From Candidatus Eiseniibacteriota bacterium (GTDB taxonomy: Bacteria; Eisenbacteria; RBG-16-71-46; JABDJR01; JAWXBZ01): a DNA stretch of 64,000 nt. How positions within the stretch are numbered: the stretch's first letter is position 1; each line of letters begins with the position of its first letter. The DNA lies in contig JAWXBZ010000105.1 of the NCBI GenBank assembly GCA_034440375.1, positions 9,431-73,430 of the forward strand. Reading direction: 5' to 3'. This document shows positions 45,890 through 54,735 of this stretch, in pieces. Under the pieces are notes generated by a model, which was not told the DNA's origin, ran no database searches, and was given only the letters and a program-made list of their open reading frames with translations. A program made the translations under genes and the position numbers.

Positions 45890-46401
45890 AACTCCTTCCG
45901 AAGCTTCGCCACCTTGGGTGCAATGACCGCCTGGCAGTAGGGCTGATTGCTGTTCCGGGCGTAGTAGTCCTGGTGAGTCTCCTCGGCCTTGTAAAACGTT
46001 TCGAGCGGCTCGATCGTGGTGACGATCGGATCCGGCCAGAGACGCCGGGCCTCGATATCCTTCCGGACACGGTCTGCCGTGGCCCGCTGCGTCTCGTCGC
46101 GATACAGGATGATCGAACGGTACTGGGTTCCCGTGTCGTGCCCCTGGCGGTTCAAGGTTGTCGGGTCGTGCAGCGTGAAGAAAATGACAAGGAGGTCCGT
46201 AAGTTCGATCACCAGAGGATCGAACGACACATCGACAACCTCGGCGTGGCCGGTTGTCCCCTCGCAGACCTCGCGATAGCCCGGATTCCTGACCTGACCG
46301 CCGGCATAGCCCGATTCGACCCGCTCAACGCCCTTCAAGTCCTTGAAGACCGCCTCAAGGCACCAGAAGCAGCCGCCGCCAAGTGTGATTCGCTCGCTCA
46401 T
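45868..46401 (-). CDS. msrA: Peptide methionine sulfoxide reductase A
   Basis: GGCFWC, SGYAGG, TGHAEVV, HDPT.LNRQG.D.GTQYRS, FYKAEE.HQDY. Confidence 0.97.
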   Translation of the reverse strand: MSERITLGGGCFWCLEAVFKDLKGVERVESGYAGGQVRNPGYREVCEGTTGHAEVVDVSFDPLVIELTDLLVIFFTLHDPTTLNRQGHDTGTQYRSIILYRDETQRATADRVRKDIEARRLWPDPIVTTIEPLETFYKAEETHQDYYARNSNQPYCQAVIAPKVAKLRKEFYERLKA

Positions 46402-46488
46402 CCTTGTCCTCCCCAGGTTGGTTCAATGGTAGAGTCTAACCCGTTTCCTTCTTCACCCCCGACACGACCTGTCCCGAACGGAGAACCG

Positions 46489-48072
46489 TTGTCCGACGTA
46501 ACACTACCCCTGTTCGCAGGGCGACTGGCCGATCCGGAACAGGTGCTGCAGCAAGTCTTCGGTTTTACCGAGTTTCGGCCGGGCCAGCGCCGGATCATCG
46601 ATGCGGTTCTGGCGGGCCGGGATGCCATCGGCGTCATGCCCACCGGCGCCGGCAAGTCACTCACGTTTCAGGTTCCGGCCCGCATCCTGCCCGGCGCCGT
46701 TCTGGTCGTCTCCCCGTTGATCTCGCTGATGAAGGATCAGGTCGACGCGATGATCCGATACGGATACTCGGCAGCGGTCCTCAATTCCAGCATCGACTTT
46801 GATGCCCGCCGCGAGGTTCTGGCGCGTCTTCGCCGGGGGGAACTGCATCTTTTGTACGTGGCCCCGGAGGGAATCGAGGGATCGCTCCGCCAATTGATCG
46901 CCGAGTGCCACATTTCCCTGGTGGTCGTTGACGAAGCGCACTGCATCAGCCACTGGGGACACGAGTTCCGGCCGGCCTATCGCAAGTTGAAGGGATTGAA
47001 GGAACAGCTCGGCAACATCCCGGTCCTGGCCCTGACGGCCACCGCCACGCGCCGGGTGGCGGCCGATATCCTGGCCCAGCTTGGCATGTCCAGGCCCGAC
47101 GGGTTCCGCGGGTCGTTCTTCCGACCCAATCTCAAGATCACCGCCCAGAAGAAAGGCGAGGGGCGCAACACACGCCAGGACATCCTGGGGATCATCCGTC
47201 GCCACGACGGCATGAGCGGCATCGTCTACTGCCTCAGCCGCAAGGGCGTGGACGCCCTGACCGCCTGGCTGCGCGAACAGGGGATCCGTGCCCTGCCGTA
47301 CCACGCCGGCCTGCCGGACGACGAGCGCCGCCGGAGCCAGGACGCCTTCGCTCGGGATGAGGCGGATGTCATCGTGGCCACGGTCGCGTTCGGCATGGGG
47401 ATCGACAAGAGCAACATCCGCTTCGTCATCCACCGCGACATGCCCAAGAGCGTCGAAGCCTGGTACCAGGAAATGGGACGCGCCGGCCGCGACGGCCTGC
47501 CGAGCGATTGCGTCCTCATGTACTCCTGGTCGGACGTGATCGGCTACGAGTCATTTCTCAATAACGTCGAGGACGAAACGCTCCGCGAGGAAACGCGCAG
47601 GAAGACCGTGGAGATGTTCCGCCTCGTCGACCAGGGGGGCTGTCGTCATCAGAAGCTGGTGGCCTGCTTCGAGGACTCCATCGATCCCTGCGGGGATTCG
47701 TGCGATGTCTGCAAGGGGGGCACGGTGGCCGACCTCATCACGCAAGGTCCAGTGCGTACAGGGCGCAAGGTCCAGGCGGTCCGATCGGGCCCGTCGATCG
47801 ACGGCCGATCAACCGGGGCCGCCACCCCCCGCTCCACCCTGCCCACCGATGTCGACCCCGGGCTCTTCGAGCGCCTCCGCGCCCTCCGTCGCCGCATCGC
47901 CGACCGCGAAAACGTGCCGGCCTATATCGTCTTCAGCGACGCCGTGCTCACCGCCCTGGCCGACCGCCGGCCCGCCACCCCGGAGGAGATGCTGGCAACG
48001 CCCGGCATCGGCCCGGCCAAGCTGGCTCGCTATGGCGGGGAGTTCCTGGAGTTGTTGAACGGGGCGGAATAA
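46489..48072 (+). CDS. recQ: ATP-dependent DNA helicase RecQ with an HRDC domain
   Basis: PTGAGKS, VDEAHCISHWGHEFRP, ALTATA, ATVAFGMGIDK, QEMGRAGRDG, Zn-binding Cys cluster and HRDC. Start uncertain (TTG 46489 after GGAG, or ATG 46426). Confidence 0.92.
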   Translation: MSDVTLPLFAGRLADPEQVLQQVFGFTEFRPGQRRIIDAVLAGRDAIGVMPTGAGKSLTFQVPARILPGAVLVVSPLISLMKDQVDAMIRYGYSAAVLNSSIDFDARREVLARLRRGELHLLYVAPEGIEGSLRQLIAECHISLVVVDEAHCISHWGHEFRPAYRKLKGLKEQLGNIPVLALTATATRRVAADILAQLGMSRPDGFRGSFFRPNLKITAQKKGEGRNTRQDILGIIRRHDGMSGIVYCLSRKGVDALTAWLREQGIRALPYHAGLPDDERRRSQDAFARDEADVIVATVAFGMGIDKSNIRFVIHRDMPKSVEAWYQEMGRAGRDGLPSDCVLMYSWSDVIGYESFLNNVEDETLREETRRKTVEMFRLVDQGGCRHQKLVACFEDSIDPCGDSCDVCKGGTVADLITQGPVRTGRKVQAVRSGPSIDGRSTGAATPRSTLPTDVDPGLFERLRALRRRIADRENVPAYIVFSDAVLTALADRRPATPEEMLATPGIGPAKLARYGGEFLELLNGAE

Positions 48073-48123
48073 GGCCGACAGGGGGCGCCGCCTCGTTGAC
48101 GGATCCGCCATGCCTTTGATCCA

Positions 48124-48672
48124 TCAGTTCGTCGCTCCGCCGGCCCTCGTCCAGACCCACTCCTCCGAGGCCGGCTTGCCGTTCATGGTCCCCTCGATAC
48201 GGGCATGCAATCGCTTCTCGTCGTCCAGCCAGTAGAGTATCCGTTGCGGAAAGTCATGTTCGAGATTCTCGAACACCACCCGGGTGACGCCCATGTCCTT
48301 GACGGCAAAGGCTGTCTGCGGTGCGCCGCGCGGACTGGAGAAATAGGTCACACGGCCGTCGGGGCCGATTCCTATGCGCAGGAACTCGAACGACACCATT
48401 CGATTGCCCTTGACGTCCTTGTGCATGCCGACCAGCCCGCCACCCCCGGTTCCGGTCCAGTGCTCCTCGCTTGTCATGCCTCCGTCCGTGCCAACCCAGT
48501 AACCGGTCATCCAGCCAAGCGCGTCAATTCCCCACGAGACGCCCTCCCGCGGTGGCGCCGTCGGCTTGGTAGCCTCGGCTGCCCGGCCGGCCCACATCAT
48601 CGCGACCACTCCGAAAACTGCCATCGCCAGCCGTGCGCCCGGCCCGATCACTTTCGAGTTCCTCATCATCAC
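48124..48672 (-). CDS. Exported protein, DUF6265-like
   Basis: Signal peptide; LGWMTGYW, EEHW, FEFLRI, VVFEN.EHDFPQRI.Y. Confidence 0.72.
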   Translation of the reverse strand: MMMRNSKVIGPGARLAMAVFGVVAMMWAGRAAEATKPTAPPREGVSWGIDALGWMTGYWVGTDGGMTSEEHWTGTGGGGLVGMHKDVKGNRMVSFEFLRIGIGPDGRVTYFSSPRGAPQTAFAVKDMGVTRVVFENLEHDFPQRILYWLDDEKRLHARIEGTMNGKPASEEWVWTRAGGATN

Positions 48673-48680
48673 TCCCCCCT

Positions 48681-49385
48681 CTAGAACGGATTGGTGGCGA
48701 ACACCGAAAATTCGGGGATAAAGCCCCGATCGTCGATCTCGAGGGCCCCCACGATGGCCCGGGCGATTTCCTCGCTGCGAAGTTTTTTCTCATTGTAAGG
48801 GCGCCCTGCACCACCCGCGGCCACGCTGAAGTTGGTCTGGACTTCGCTTGGATTGACCAGCGTGACCCGGATGTTGTGACGGCGCAATTCGTCGCGCCAG
48901 CAGTCGGTCATGCCGCGCAGGGCGAACTTGGTGCCGCAGTAGGTCGTGCCGTTGGCAAATCCCTTCAGTCCGGCGGTAGAGGCGATGTTGATGATATTGC
49001 CGGAAGCCTGGCGGATCATGTGCGGCGCCACGGCCTGCGTCATGAGCAGGACCCCCGTCACATTGGTGGCAAACGTCCGCTCGAAGTCTTCGAGCCGGAT
49101 CTCGATCAACGGGCCAAACGTACCGAAGCCCGCATTGTTCACGAGCAGGTCGATACCCCCGAATTCAGCCATGACCGAATCAACCACGCGTTGTACGTCC
49201 CCTGGCTTCGATACGTCGCCGGCAAAAGGCGTCGCCCCGATCTCACGGGCCGCCACCTGCAGCTTTTCGATATTGCGCGCCATGAGGGTCACGCGGGCCC
49301 CCTTGTCAATCAACAGCCGGCCAAGCGCCAGCCCGATTCCATCGCTTCCGCCCGTGATGAGCGCGCGAGCTCCCTTCAAGTCCAT
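48681..49385 (-). CDS. Short-chain dehydrogenase/reductase
   Basis: TGGSDGIG, LVNNAG, NIAS, catalytic YCGTK. Confidence 0.93.
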   Translation of the reverse strand: MDLKGARALITGGSDGIGLALGRLLIDKGARVTLMARNIEKLQVAAREIGATPFAGDVSKPGDVQRVVDSVMAEFGGIDLLVNNAGFGTFGPLIEIRLEDFERTFATNVTGVLLMTQAVAPHMIRQASGNIINIASTAGLKGFANGTTYCGTKFALRGMTDCWRDELRRHNIRVTLVNPSEVQTNFSVAAGGAGRPYNEKKLRSEEIARAIVGALEIDDRGFIPEFSVFATNPF

Positions 49386-49595
49386 GCTCTTCTCCCTGGA
49401 AAGTGCCCTGATACATTCAGTTCGCCAGATTACGCCCCGAAGCCGCCAGGCTCAATGCGGTATATCGCAAAATCACACTATAATGAGCGGCTCACGCGGG
49501 GTGGACCGGTCACCCGTGTCGAGAAAATTTCCATTCTTGACCATAAGATCAAGTGGATAATAGGGTTAGATTGCAACAGGCTAACAGATTAGTCG

Positions 49596-49625
49596 TTGCC
49601 ACGCCCGGTCAGATGCACGTATAAT
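49596..49625 (+). promoter_or_regulatory. Putative sigma70 promoter of the NHL-lipoprotein pair
   Basis: TTGCCA (49596-49601)-N18-TATAAT (49620-49625), about 80 nt upstream of ATG 49708, which has a GGAGG RBS. Confidence 0.6.
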
Positions 49626-49707
49626 AAGTGACCGGCTGGTTGTATCTCCTGGTTCCGGCCGATAATCCACAAGTAATGAGCTGATAACAATCGTTCGCGG
49701 AGGATCC

Positions 49708-50895
49708 ATGCCCGACTGGCGCCTGCTGAACAACATTCGGTGCAACATCCTTTGGGGCGTCCCGGCAAGCCTTCTCCTTTTTTCAGCGCTGGTCGGCGGC
49801 GGTTGCTCTTCCGACGACACCCCCGGCGTCGAACCGGGCCTGGATGGCGTCGCCTACGTCGTCGCCGGCACAGCCGGCGAAAGCGGTAACGTGGGTGATG
49901 GTGGCCCCGCCACCGAGGCCCTCCTGTACTGGCCGATCGACGTGGCTGTTCTCCCGGCTGGCGAACTCGTTGTCGTGGACTGGAACAATCATTGCCTGCG
50001 TAGGATCGATGCCAACGGGATCATCCATCTCTTCATCGGTTCCGGCCGCCTGGGTGACTCCAAAACGGGCCAGATGCTCGAGATCAAGTTCAACCACCCC
50101 ACCGATTTCAAGATTGGGCCGGACGGGACCTACTACGTAGCCGCCTTCCATAACTGGGCCGTCCGTCGGATCGATCCGACCACCGGTCAGGCCACCACGC
50201 CCATCGGCAACTCCATCAAGGGCTTCGGTGGTGACGGCGGGCCGGCCAACGCGGCGCAGTTCAACCTCCCCGGCAGCCTCGTCTTCGATCCGACCGGGAA
50301 CCTTTACATCACCGACCAGGGAAACATGCGGATCCGCATGGTCAATGCCGGTGGCACCGTATCGACGATCGCCGGCTCAACGTTCGGATTCGAGGACGGC
50401 CAGGGCAGCAACGCCAAGTTCGGCTTCGAGGGGGATCAGGCCACGACCGGTTCGGGGCCCCGAAGTGGCTGCATCGATATTTCGGCCGACGGCCTGTATC
50501 TCTACGTGGCGGACACCCTGAACAACCGCATCCGGCGCATCGAACTCAGCACCGGCATGGTGTCCACCATCGCCGGAACTGGCGCCACCGGCAACCTGGG
50601 CGATAACGGACCGGCGCTTGCGGCCACGCTGAACGGCCCCAGTGACGTCACCTGTGCGGCGAATGGCGACATCTACTTCTCCGACCGGTACAGCCACGTC
50701 ATCCGCAAGATCAACACCGCCGGGACGATCACCCGGGTGGTCGGTACCGGCGCGAAGGGTGTCTCTCCGAACGGAACGCCGGCCCTGGAGACAAAGCTCA
50801 ACGAACCACTCGGCCTGACGTTCGACAACGCCACCAACACGCTCTACATCGCCGACCAGTACAACCACCAGGTATTGAAGGTGAAAAATCCATGA
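49708..50895 (+). CDS. NHL-repeat beta-propeller lipoprotein
   Basis: Lipobox-like LVGGGC; repeats GDGGPA..A.L..P.D, YVADT.NNRIRRI. Confidence 0.87.
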   Translation: MPDWRLLNNIRCNILWGVPASLLLFSALVGGGCSSDDTPGVEPGLDGVAYVVAGTAGESGNVGDGGPATEALLYWPIDVAVLPAGELVVVDWNNHCLRRIDANGIIHLFIGSGRLGDSKTGQMLEIKFNHPTDFKIGPDGTYYVAAFHNWAVRRIDPTTGQATTPIGNSIKGFGGDGGPANAAQFNLPGSLVFDPTGNLYITDQGNMRIRMVNAGGTVSTIAGSTFGFEDGQGSNAKFGFEGDQATTGSGPRSGCIDISADGLYLYVADTLNNRIRRIELSTGMVSTIAGTGATGNLGDNGPALAATLNGPSDVTCAANGDIYFSDRYSHVIRKINTAGTITRVVGTGAKGVSPNGTPALETKLNEPLGLTFDNATNTLYIADQYNHQVLKVKNP

Positions 50896-52022
50896 TGACT
50901 CGATACGCGATTGCCTTGATGACCGCGGCGATTCTCGTCGGCTGCGGCAGTGACACGTCGACCGGCCCACGGGTCGAGATGGACGGCGTCCTCTACAACG
51001 TGGCCGGCGTCGCCGGTGAACCGGGCGGCGGCCGTGATGGTGTCCAGGCGACGGCGTCGCGCCTTTATTGGCCTCAGGACCTGGTTGTCGATGCTGCCGG
51101 CGAGATCATCGTGGCCGACTGGAACAACCATGTGATCCGCGCCATCAGCACCGACGGCAAAATTCGCCGAATCATGGGTTCGGGAATTCACGGTGATGAC
51201 AGCAACGGTGCGGCACTCGAGGTCAACCTGAACCATCCCGACGGAGTCGCCATCGGACCCGACGGTAACGTCTACATTTCGGGGTGGCACAACTGGAAGA
51301 TCAAGATGTGGGATGTCGCGACGGGCCTCATCTCGTCGGTTGTCGGCAGCGACAATGGCTTCAGCGGTGATGGCGGACTGGCTACCGAGGCCGCCATCTC
51401 GCTTCCGAGCAGCGTCGTCTGGGACCACAGCCATAACATGTACATCTCGGACCAGGGGAACAACCGGATCCGCAAGATCAATACCAATGGCATCATCCGG
51501 ACATTTGCGGGGGCCGGCAGGGGTTTCACTGACGGCGTCGGCCCGGGGGTGAAGTTCGCCTTCCCGAATGGAACCGACGCCTATCCGGGCGGCCGTATCG
51601 ACGTCAGCGCGGACGGGCGCTATCTCTACGTTGCCGATACCGAGAACCACCGGGTTCGCCGCATCGAGCTCGCCACACAGGTCGTCACGACCATCGGCGG
51701 CGACGGCAGCGGCGCGTACACCGGCGACGGTGGCCAGGCCACTCTGGCCCGATTCAACTACCCCACCGATATTGCCTGCACGCCGGAAGGGGACATTTTC
51801 GTGGCCGACGCCAGGAACCATGCCGTCCGAATGATTGCGGCTGACGGCCAGGTGACCACGGTGGCCGGCACCGGCATCCGCGGTGTTTCGGGTGACGCTA
51901 CCCTGGCCACGGAGGCCAATCTGGATACCCCGTCAGCCCTCTACTATCACGTGGCAACGAGGACCCTCTACATCTCCGACACCTACAATTGCCAGATCAA
52001 GAAGGTGAGGTTCCCCGCTTAG
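50892..52022 (+). CDS. NHL-repeat beta-propeller lipoprotein (tandem paralog)
   Basis: Lipobox ILVGC; collinear with the upstream gene (LYWP.D..DWNNH, NHP, HNW, IDVSADG.YLYVADT). Confidence 0.87.
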   Translation: MMTRYAIALMTAAILVGCGSDTSTGPRVEMDGVLYNVAGVAGEPGGGRDGVQATASRLYWPQDLVVDAAGEIIVADWNNHVIRAISTDGKIRRIMGSGIHGDDSNGAALEVNLNHPDGVAIGPDGNVYISGWHNWKIKMWDVATGLISSVVGSDNGFSGDGGLATEAAISLPSSVVWDHSHNMYISDQGNNRIRKINTNGIIRTFAGAGRGFTDGVGPGVKFAFPNGTDAYPGGRIDVSADGRYLYVADTENHRVRRIELATQVVTTIGGDGSGAYTGDGGQATLARFNYPTDIACTPEGDIFVADARNHAVRMIAADGQVTTVAGTGIRGVSGDATLATEANLDTPSALYYHVATRTLYISDTYNCQIKKVRFPA

Positions 52023-52042
52023 CACTTCAGAGTTCCAGCATC

Positions 52043-52080
52043 GGGCCGGCGGCGACTTCGATCGCGCCGGCCCTTTTTCT
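52043..52080 (+). terminator. Rho-independent terminator between convergent operons
   Basis: GGGCCGGC...GCCGGCCC stem followed by TTTTTCT. Confidence 0.75.
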
Positions 52081-52092
52081 TGGCCTGCGGCA

Positions 52093-52563
52093 CTACCGGG
52101 CGCCCTCAATGATCCAGGTCCGGACCAGTTCCAGATCGCCCGGCGTCAGAGAGGCGCGATTGTCCGGCATCCGATCGCCACGGATGCCCCCTCGCCCCTC
52201 CAGCTTCCAGAAGAGATAGCTGGAGTCGGGCAGCCCCGGTTTGATGGCGCAGATACGGAGGGCGGTGGCCTCTTCCCCCGCCTCGAACAGATCGGCATGC
52301 GTGCCGGTCAAGTACCGGGAGCGGGTCCCGAGACGGCTGTGGCATCCCGCGGTGTTGCACGAGTAGCGATCGATCAACGGCGCGATATCCGCCGCGTAGG
52401 TCACGGAGGCCGGAAGGCTGGTGTCGGCCACGCTTGTGCAATCGGGGGGCGGGCCGGGTGTCGTGGAGCCGGAACCGCACGACTGGAATGCCAGCGCGAG
52501 GCCGAGCATCGCCGCGGCACTCAAGAAAAACGGGGTCCGGTGGGAGTGAATCAGAAGCGGCAA
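52093..52563 (-). CDS. Small lipoprotein, putative c-type cytochrome (CX4CH, planctomycete cytochrome c-like)
   Basis: Lipobox AFQSC; DIAPLI..SCNTAGCH..PG.PDSSYLFWKL.G..RMP..LVRTWI.EGA. Start uncertain. Confidence 0.72.
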   Translation of the reverse strand: MPLLIHSHRTPFFLSAAAMLGLALAFQSCGSGSTTPGPPPDCTSVADTSLPASVTYAADIAPLIDRYSCNTAGCHSRLGTRSRYLTGTHADLFEAGEEATALRICAIKPGLPDSSYLFWKLEGRGGIRGDRMPDNRASLTPGDLELVRTWIIEGAR

Positions 52564-53687
52564 ACGCGGACGCGGTTGTTGTACGTATCGGCAATCCAGA
52601 GATCACCGCTGGCATCGAATGCCAGGGCCGAGGGGTAATCAAGTTCCGCCTCGAGCGCCGGCCCGCCATCACCGCCAAAGCCCCGCAGGCCGGTGCCGGC
52701 AACGGTCGTTATCACGCCATCGGACGCCACACGCCGGATCCGGTTGTTGCCCGAATCGGCGATGTAAATCGCACCGTCCGGTCCAGGAATCGCGTCGTAG
52801 GGATCGGAGAGTCCGGCTGCGGCGCCCGGGCCACCATCCCCCTCTGAGCCCGGCTGGCCGGTGCCCGCCACGGCATGAATGATGCCGGCGGCATCGATAC
52901 GCCGCACCGCATGATTGCCTGTGTCGCAGATGTAAAGATCGCCCGTGGCCTGGTTCAGGCGAAGTCGATAAGGGTGCCGGAGTCTGGCCGCCGCCGCCGG
53001 ACCGCCGTCGCCGGCATGGCCCGCAAGGCCGGTGCCGGCGATGGTCGTTACGCGGCCATTCGCATCGATCCGTCGAATCCGGTGATTGCTGGTATCGGCC
53101 ACGTAAATCGGGCTGCCGCCGGTGGCCACCGCCACGCCGCACGGCTCGTCGAATGAGGCTTCCAGCGCGGGGACGTTTTCGTCGCCTACGCCGTGCTCGG
53201 CCCGTCCGGCCACGATGAAGGCCCGCCCGTTGGGGTTGCAATAAAGGATTCGGGGCTCGTGGTTACCGGCCAGGTAAAAGCCGCCGAGCCCATCGCGGGC
53301 CATCGAGAAGGTGTGGTGCAAGGGTGTCTCGAGGGCGGGCCGGTCATCGATGACCGCGGCCTCGGCCCCCGTTCCCATGATCGTGCGGAGGCGATTGTCC
53401 GAGTCCAGCCGGCGGATCCGGAAGTTGTTCCAATCGAGGATGAGCAGTCGCCCGCTCTCGTCAAACCCAAGGTCAATCGGCAGAAAGAGCGCCGCCTGAT
53501 GGGGAGGGGCGCCTTCGCCGCGATAGGCCGGCACACCCGTTCCCACGACGCTGCAGATCGAGCCGGGGTCCGTGCATGTGACCTGTTCGACGCCGGCCGG
53601 ATCCTTGCCGCAGCCACTGGCCAGGAGAAGAACCAGCGCCATGACTCGTGGCAGGATCGGCCATTGCGATAAATGAAATTCCCTCAC
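52551..53687 (-). CDS. NHL-repeat beta-propeller lipoprotein
   Basis: Lipobox LASGC; multiple GDGGPA and YIAD..N.RIRR repeats; GTG start overlaps the upstream stop (GTGA). Confidence 0.87.
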   Translation of the reverse strand: MREFHLSQWPILPRVMALVLLLASGCGKDPAGVEQVTCTDPGSICSVVGTGVPAYRGEGAPPHQAALFLPIDLGFDESGRLLILDWNNFRIRRLDSDNRLRTIMGTGAEAAVIDDRPALETPLHHTFSMARDGLGGFYLAGNHEPRILYCNPNGRAFIVAGRAEHGVGDENVPALEASFDEPCGVAVATGGSPIYVADTSNHRIRRIDANGRVTTIAGTGLAGHAGDGGPAAAARLRHPYRLRLNQATGDLYICDTGNHAVRRIDAAGIIHAVAGTGQPGSEGDGGPGAAAGLSDPYDAIPGPDGAIYIADSGNNRIRRVASDGVITTVAGTGLRGFGGDGGPALEAELDYPSALAFDASGDLWIADTYNNRVRVCRF

Positions 53688-54136
53688 TCCGGCGCCCCGT
53701 TCGTGATCCATTCCTCGATGACATCGATCTCGCCGTCCGAGAGGTAAGGCCCGCCATTCGGCATTCGACGCCCCTTGGTCGCCGGCACGCCCCGAAGCTT
53801 TTGAATCAGGAAACTGTTGTCGGGATCATTGGGATCGACCCGGAGCAGCCCCTCGAGCTGGGCATCGCGCGTCGTTGGGACCACACCCACGAGATTCTGG
53901 TGGGACATGCCGGCCTCGAGGACAAGTCCGGCCTCACCCTGCGCCGAACTGTGGCAATTGCTGGTGGCGCAGGTCGGCGTGAAAATCTCGGCCTGGATAC
54001 TGGCCATGGTCGGCTCGACCGTCACCGGTGGGGGTTTGCTGTCCCCGCCGCAGGCGGCCAGTGCAATACTGATGAGCAATCCGACCGCCACCACAACCTG
54101 TTGCCATGAAACAATTTGAGAGAGAGAGCGAGGCAA
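53684..54136 (-). CDS. Small lipoprotein, putative c-type cytochrome (CX4CH)
   Basis: Lipobox LAAC; IQAEIF.PTCATSNCH..RVDP.DPDNSFLIQKL.G..RMP..IEEWI.NGA; TTG start at 54136 follows GGAGG. Confidence 0.72.
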   Translation of the reverse strand: MPRSLSQIVSWQQVVVAVGLLISIALAACGGDSKPPPVTVEPTMASIQAEIFTPTCATSNCHSSAQGEAGLVLEAGMSHQNLVGVVPTTRDAQLEGLLRVDPNDPDNSFLIQKLRGVPATKGRRMPNGGPYLSDGEIDVIEEWITNGAPE

Positions 54137-54249
54137 GATCCGATCCTCCGCAGCCAACTGGTGATGCCCCCCTTGAGGACTTACCGTCTGTAATGATAGC
54201 TGAAGTCGCCGCACCCCGGAATCATTGGCTCAGACGTTGTTGCCGGCCG

Positions 54250-54735
54250 TCAATCGGAAGCACCAGGTCCGGGGGCTTGTCCCAGGCGTCTCGTCAACAC
54301 GCGATCCAGCGCATTGGCAAAGGCCTGCCGGTCCCGCGAATGAAAGGATGGCGGGCCCCCCGTAATCTGGCCGGCTCCCCGCAGGTCATACATCAGATCC
54401 CGCGACGACAGGATCTCTCCCACATTTTCGGGCGTGTACTCCCGCCCCCGCGGGTCGATCACCGCCAGCCCACGGCCAACCAGGAGCGCCGCCAGCGGGA
54501 TGTCGGCCGTGATGGCGATGTCCGCCGCTTCGGCATGATCCACGATGTACTGATCGGCCACATCCGCCCCGCCCTCAACGAGGACGCTCGTGACCATGGG
54601 GCTGGCGGCGGGAAGCGGCATTCCCTGATTGGCTACCAGGATCGTCTGCAGTCCGATGCGTTTCGCCGCCCGGAAGATGACATCCTTGACCTCGCGGGGC
54701 ATGGCATCGGCGTCGATCCAGAGTTTCAGCGGCAC
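54250..54735 (-). CDS. YaiI/YqxD (DUF188) family protein
   Basis: LWIDADAMP..K, VAN, DVADQYIV, ITADIPLA, IDPRG, FANALDR. Confidence 0.92.
   Translation of the reverse strand: MPLKLWIDADAMPREVKDVIFRAAKRIGLQTILVANQGMPLPAASPMVTSVLVEGGADVADQYIVDHAEAADIAITADIPLAALLVGRGLAVIDPRGREYTPENVGEILSSRDLMYDLRGAGQITGGPPSFHSRDRQAFANALDRVLTRRLGQAPGPGASD

Noticed and set aside
45973-46488. Long N-terminal extension of RecQ in the ORF track
   Set aside because: Mostly the antisense of msrA; the real start is near 46426-46489.
49537-49552. TTGAC-N6-ATCAA as an FNR box
   Set aside because: FNR spacing is N4; kept only as an unassigned palindrome.
54118-54128. (GA)5 microsatellite near the cytochrome gene start as a phase-variation switch
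   Set aside because: Too short to be convincing, and the reading frame is intact.
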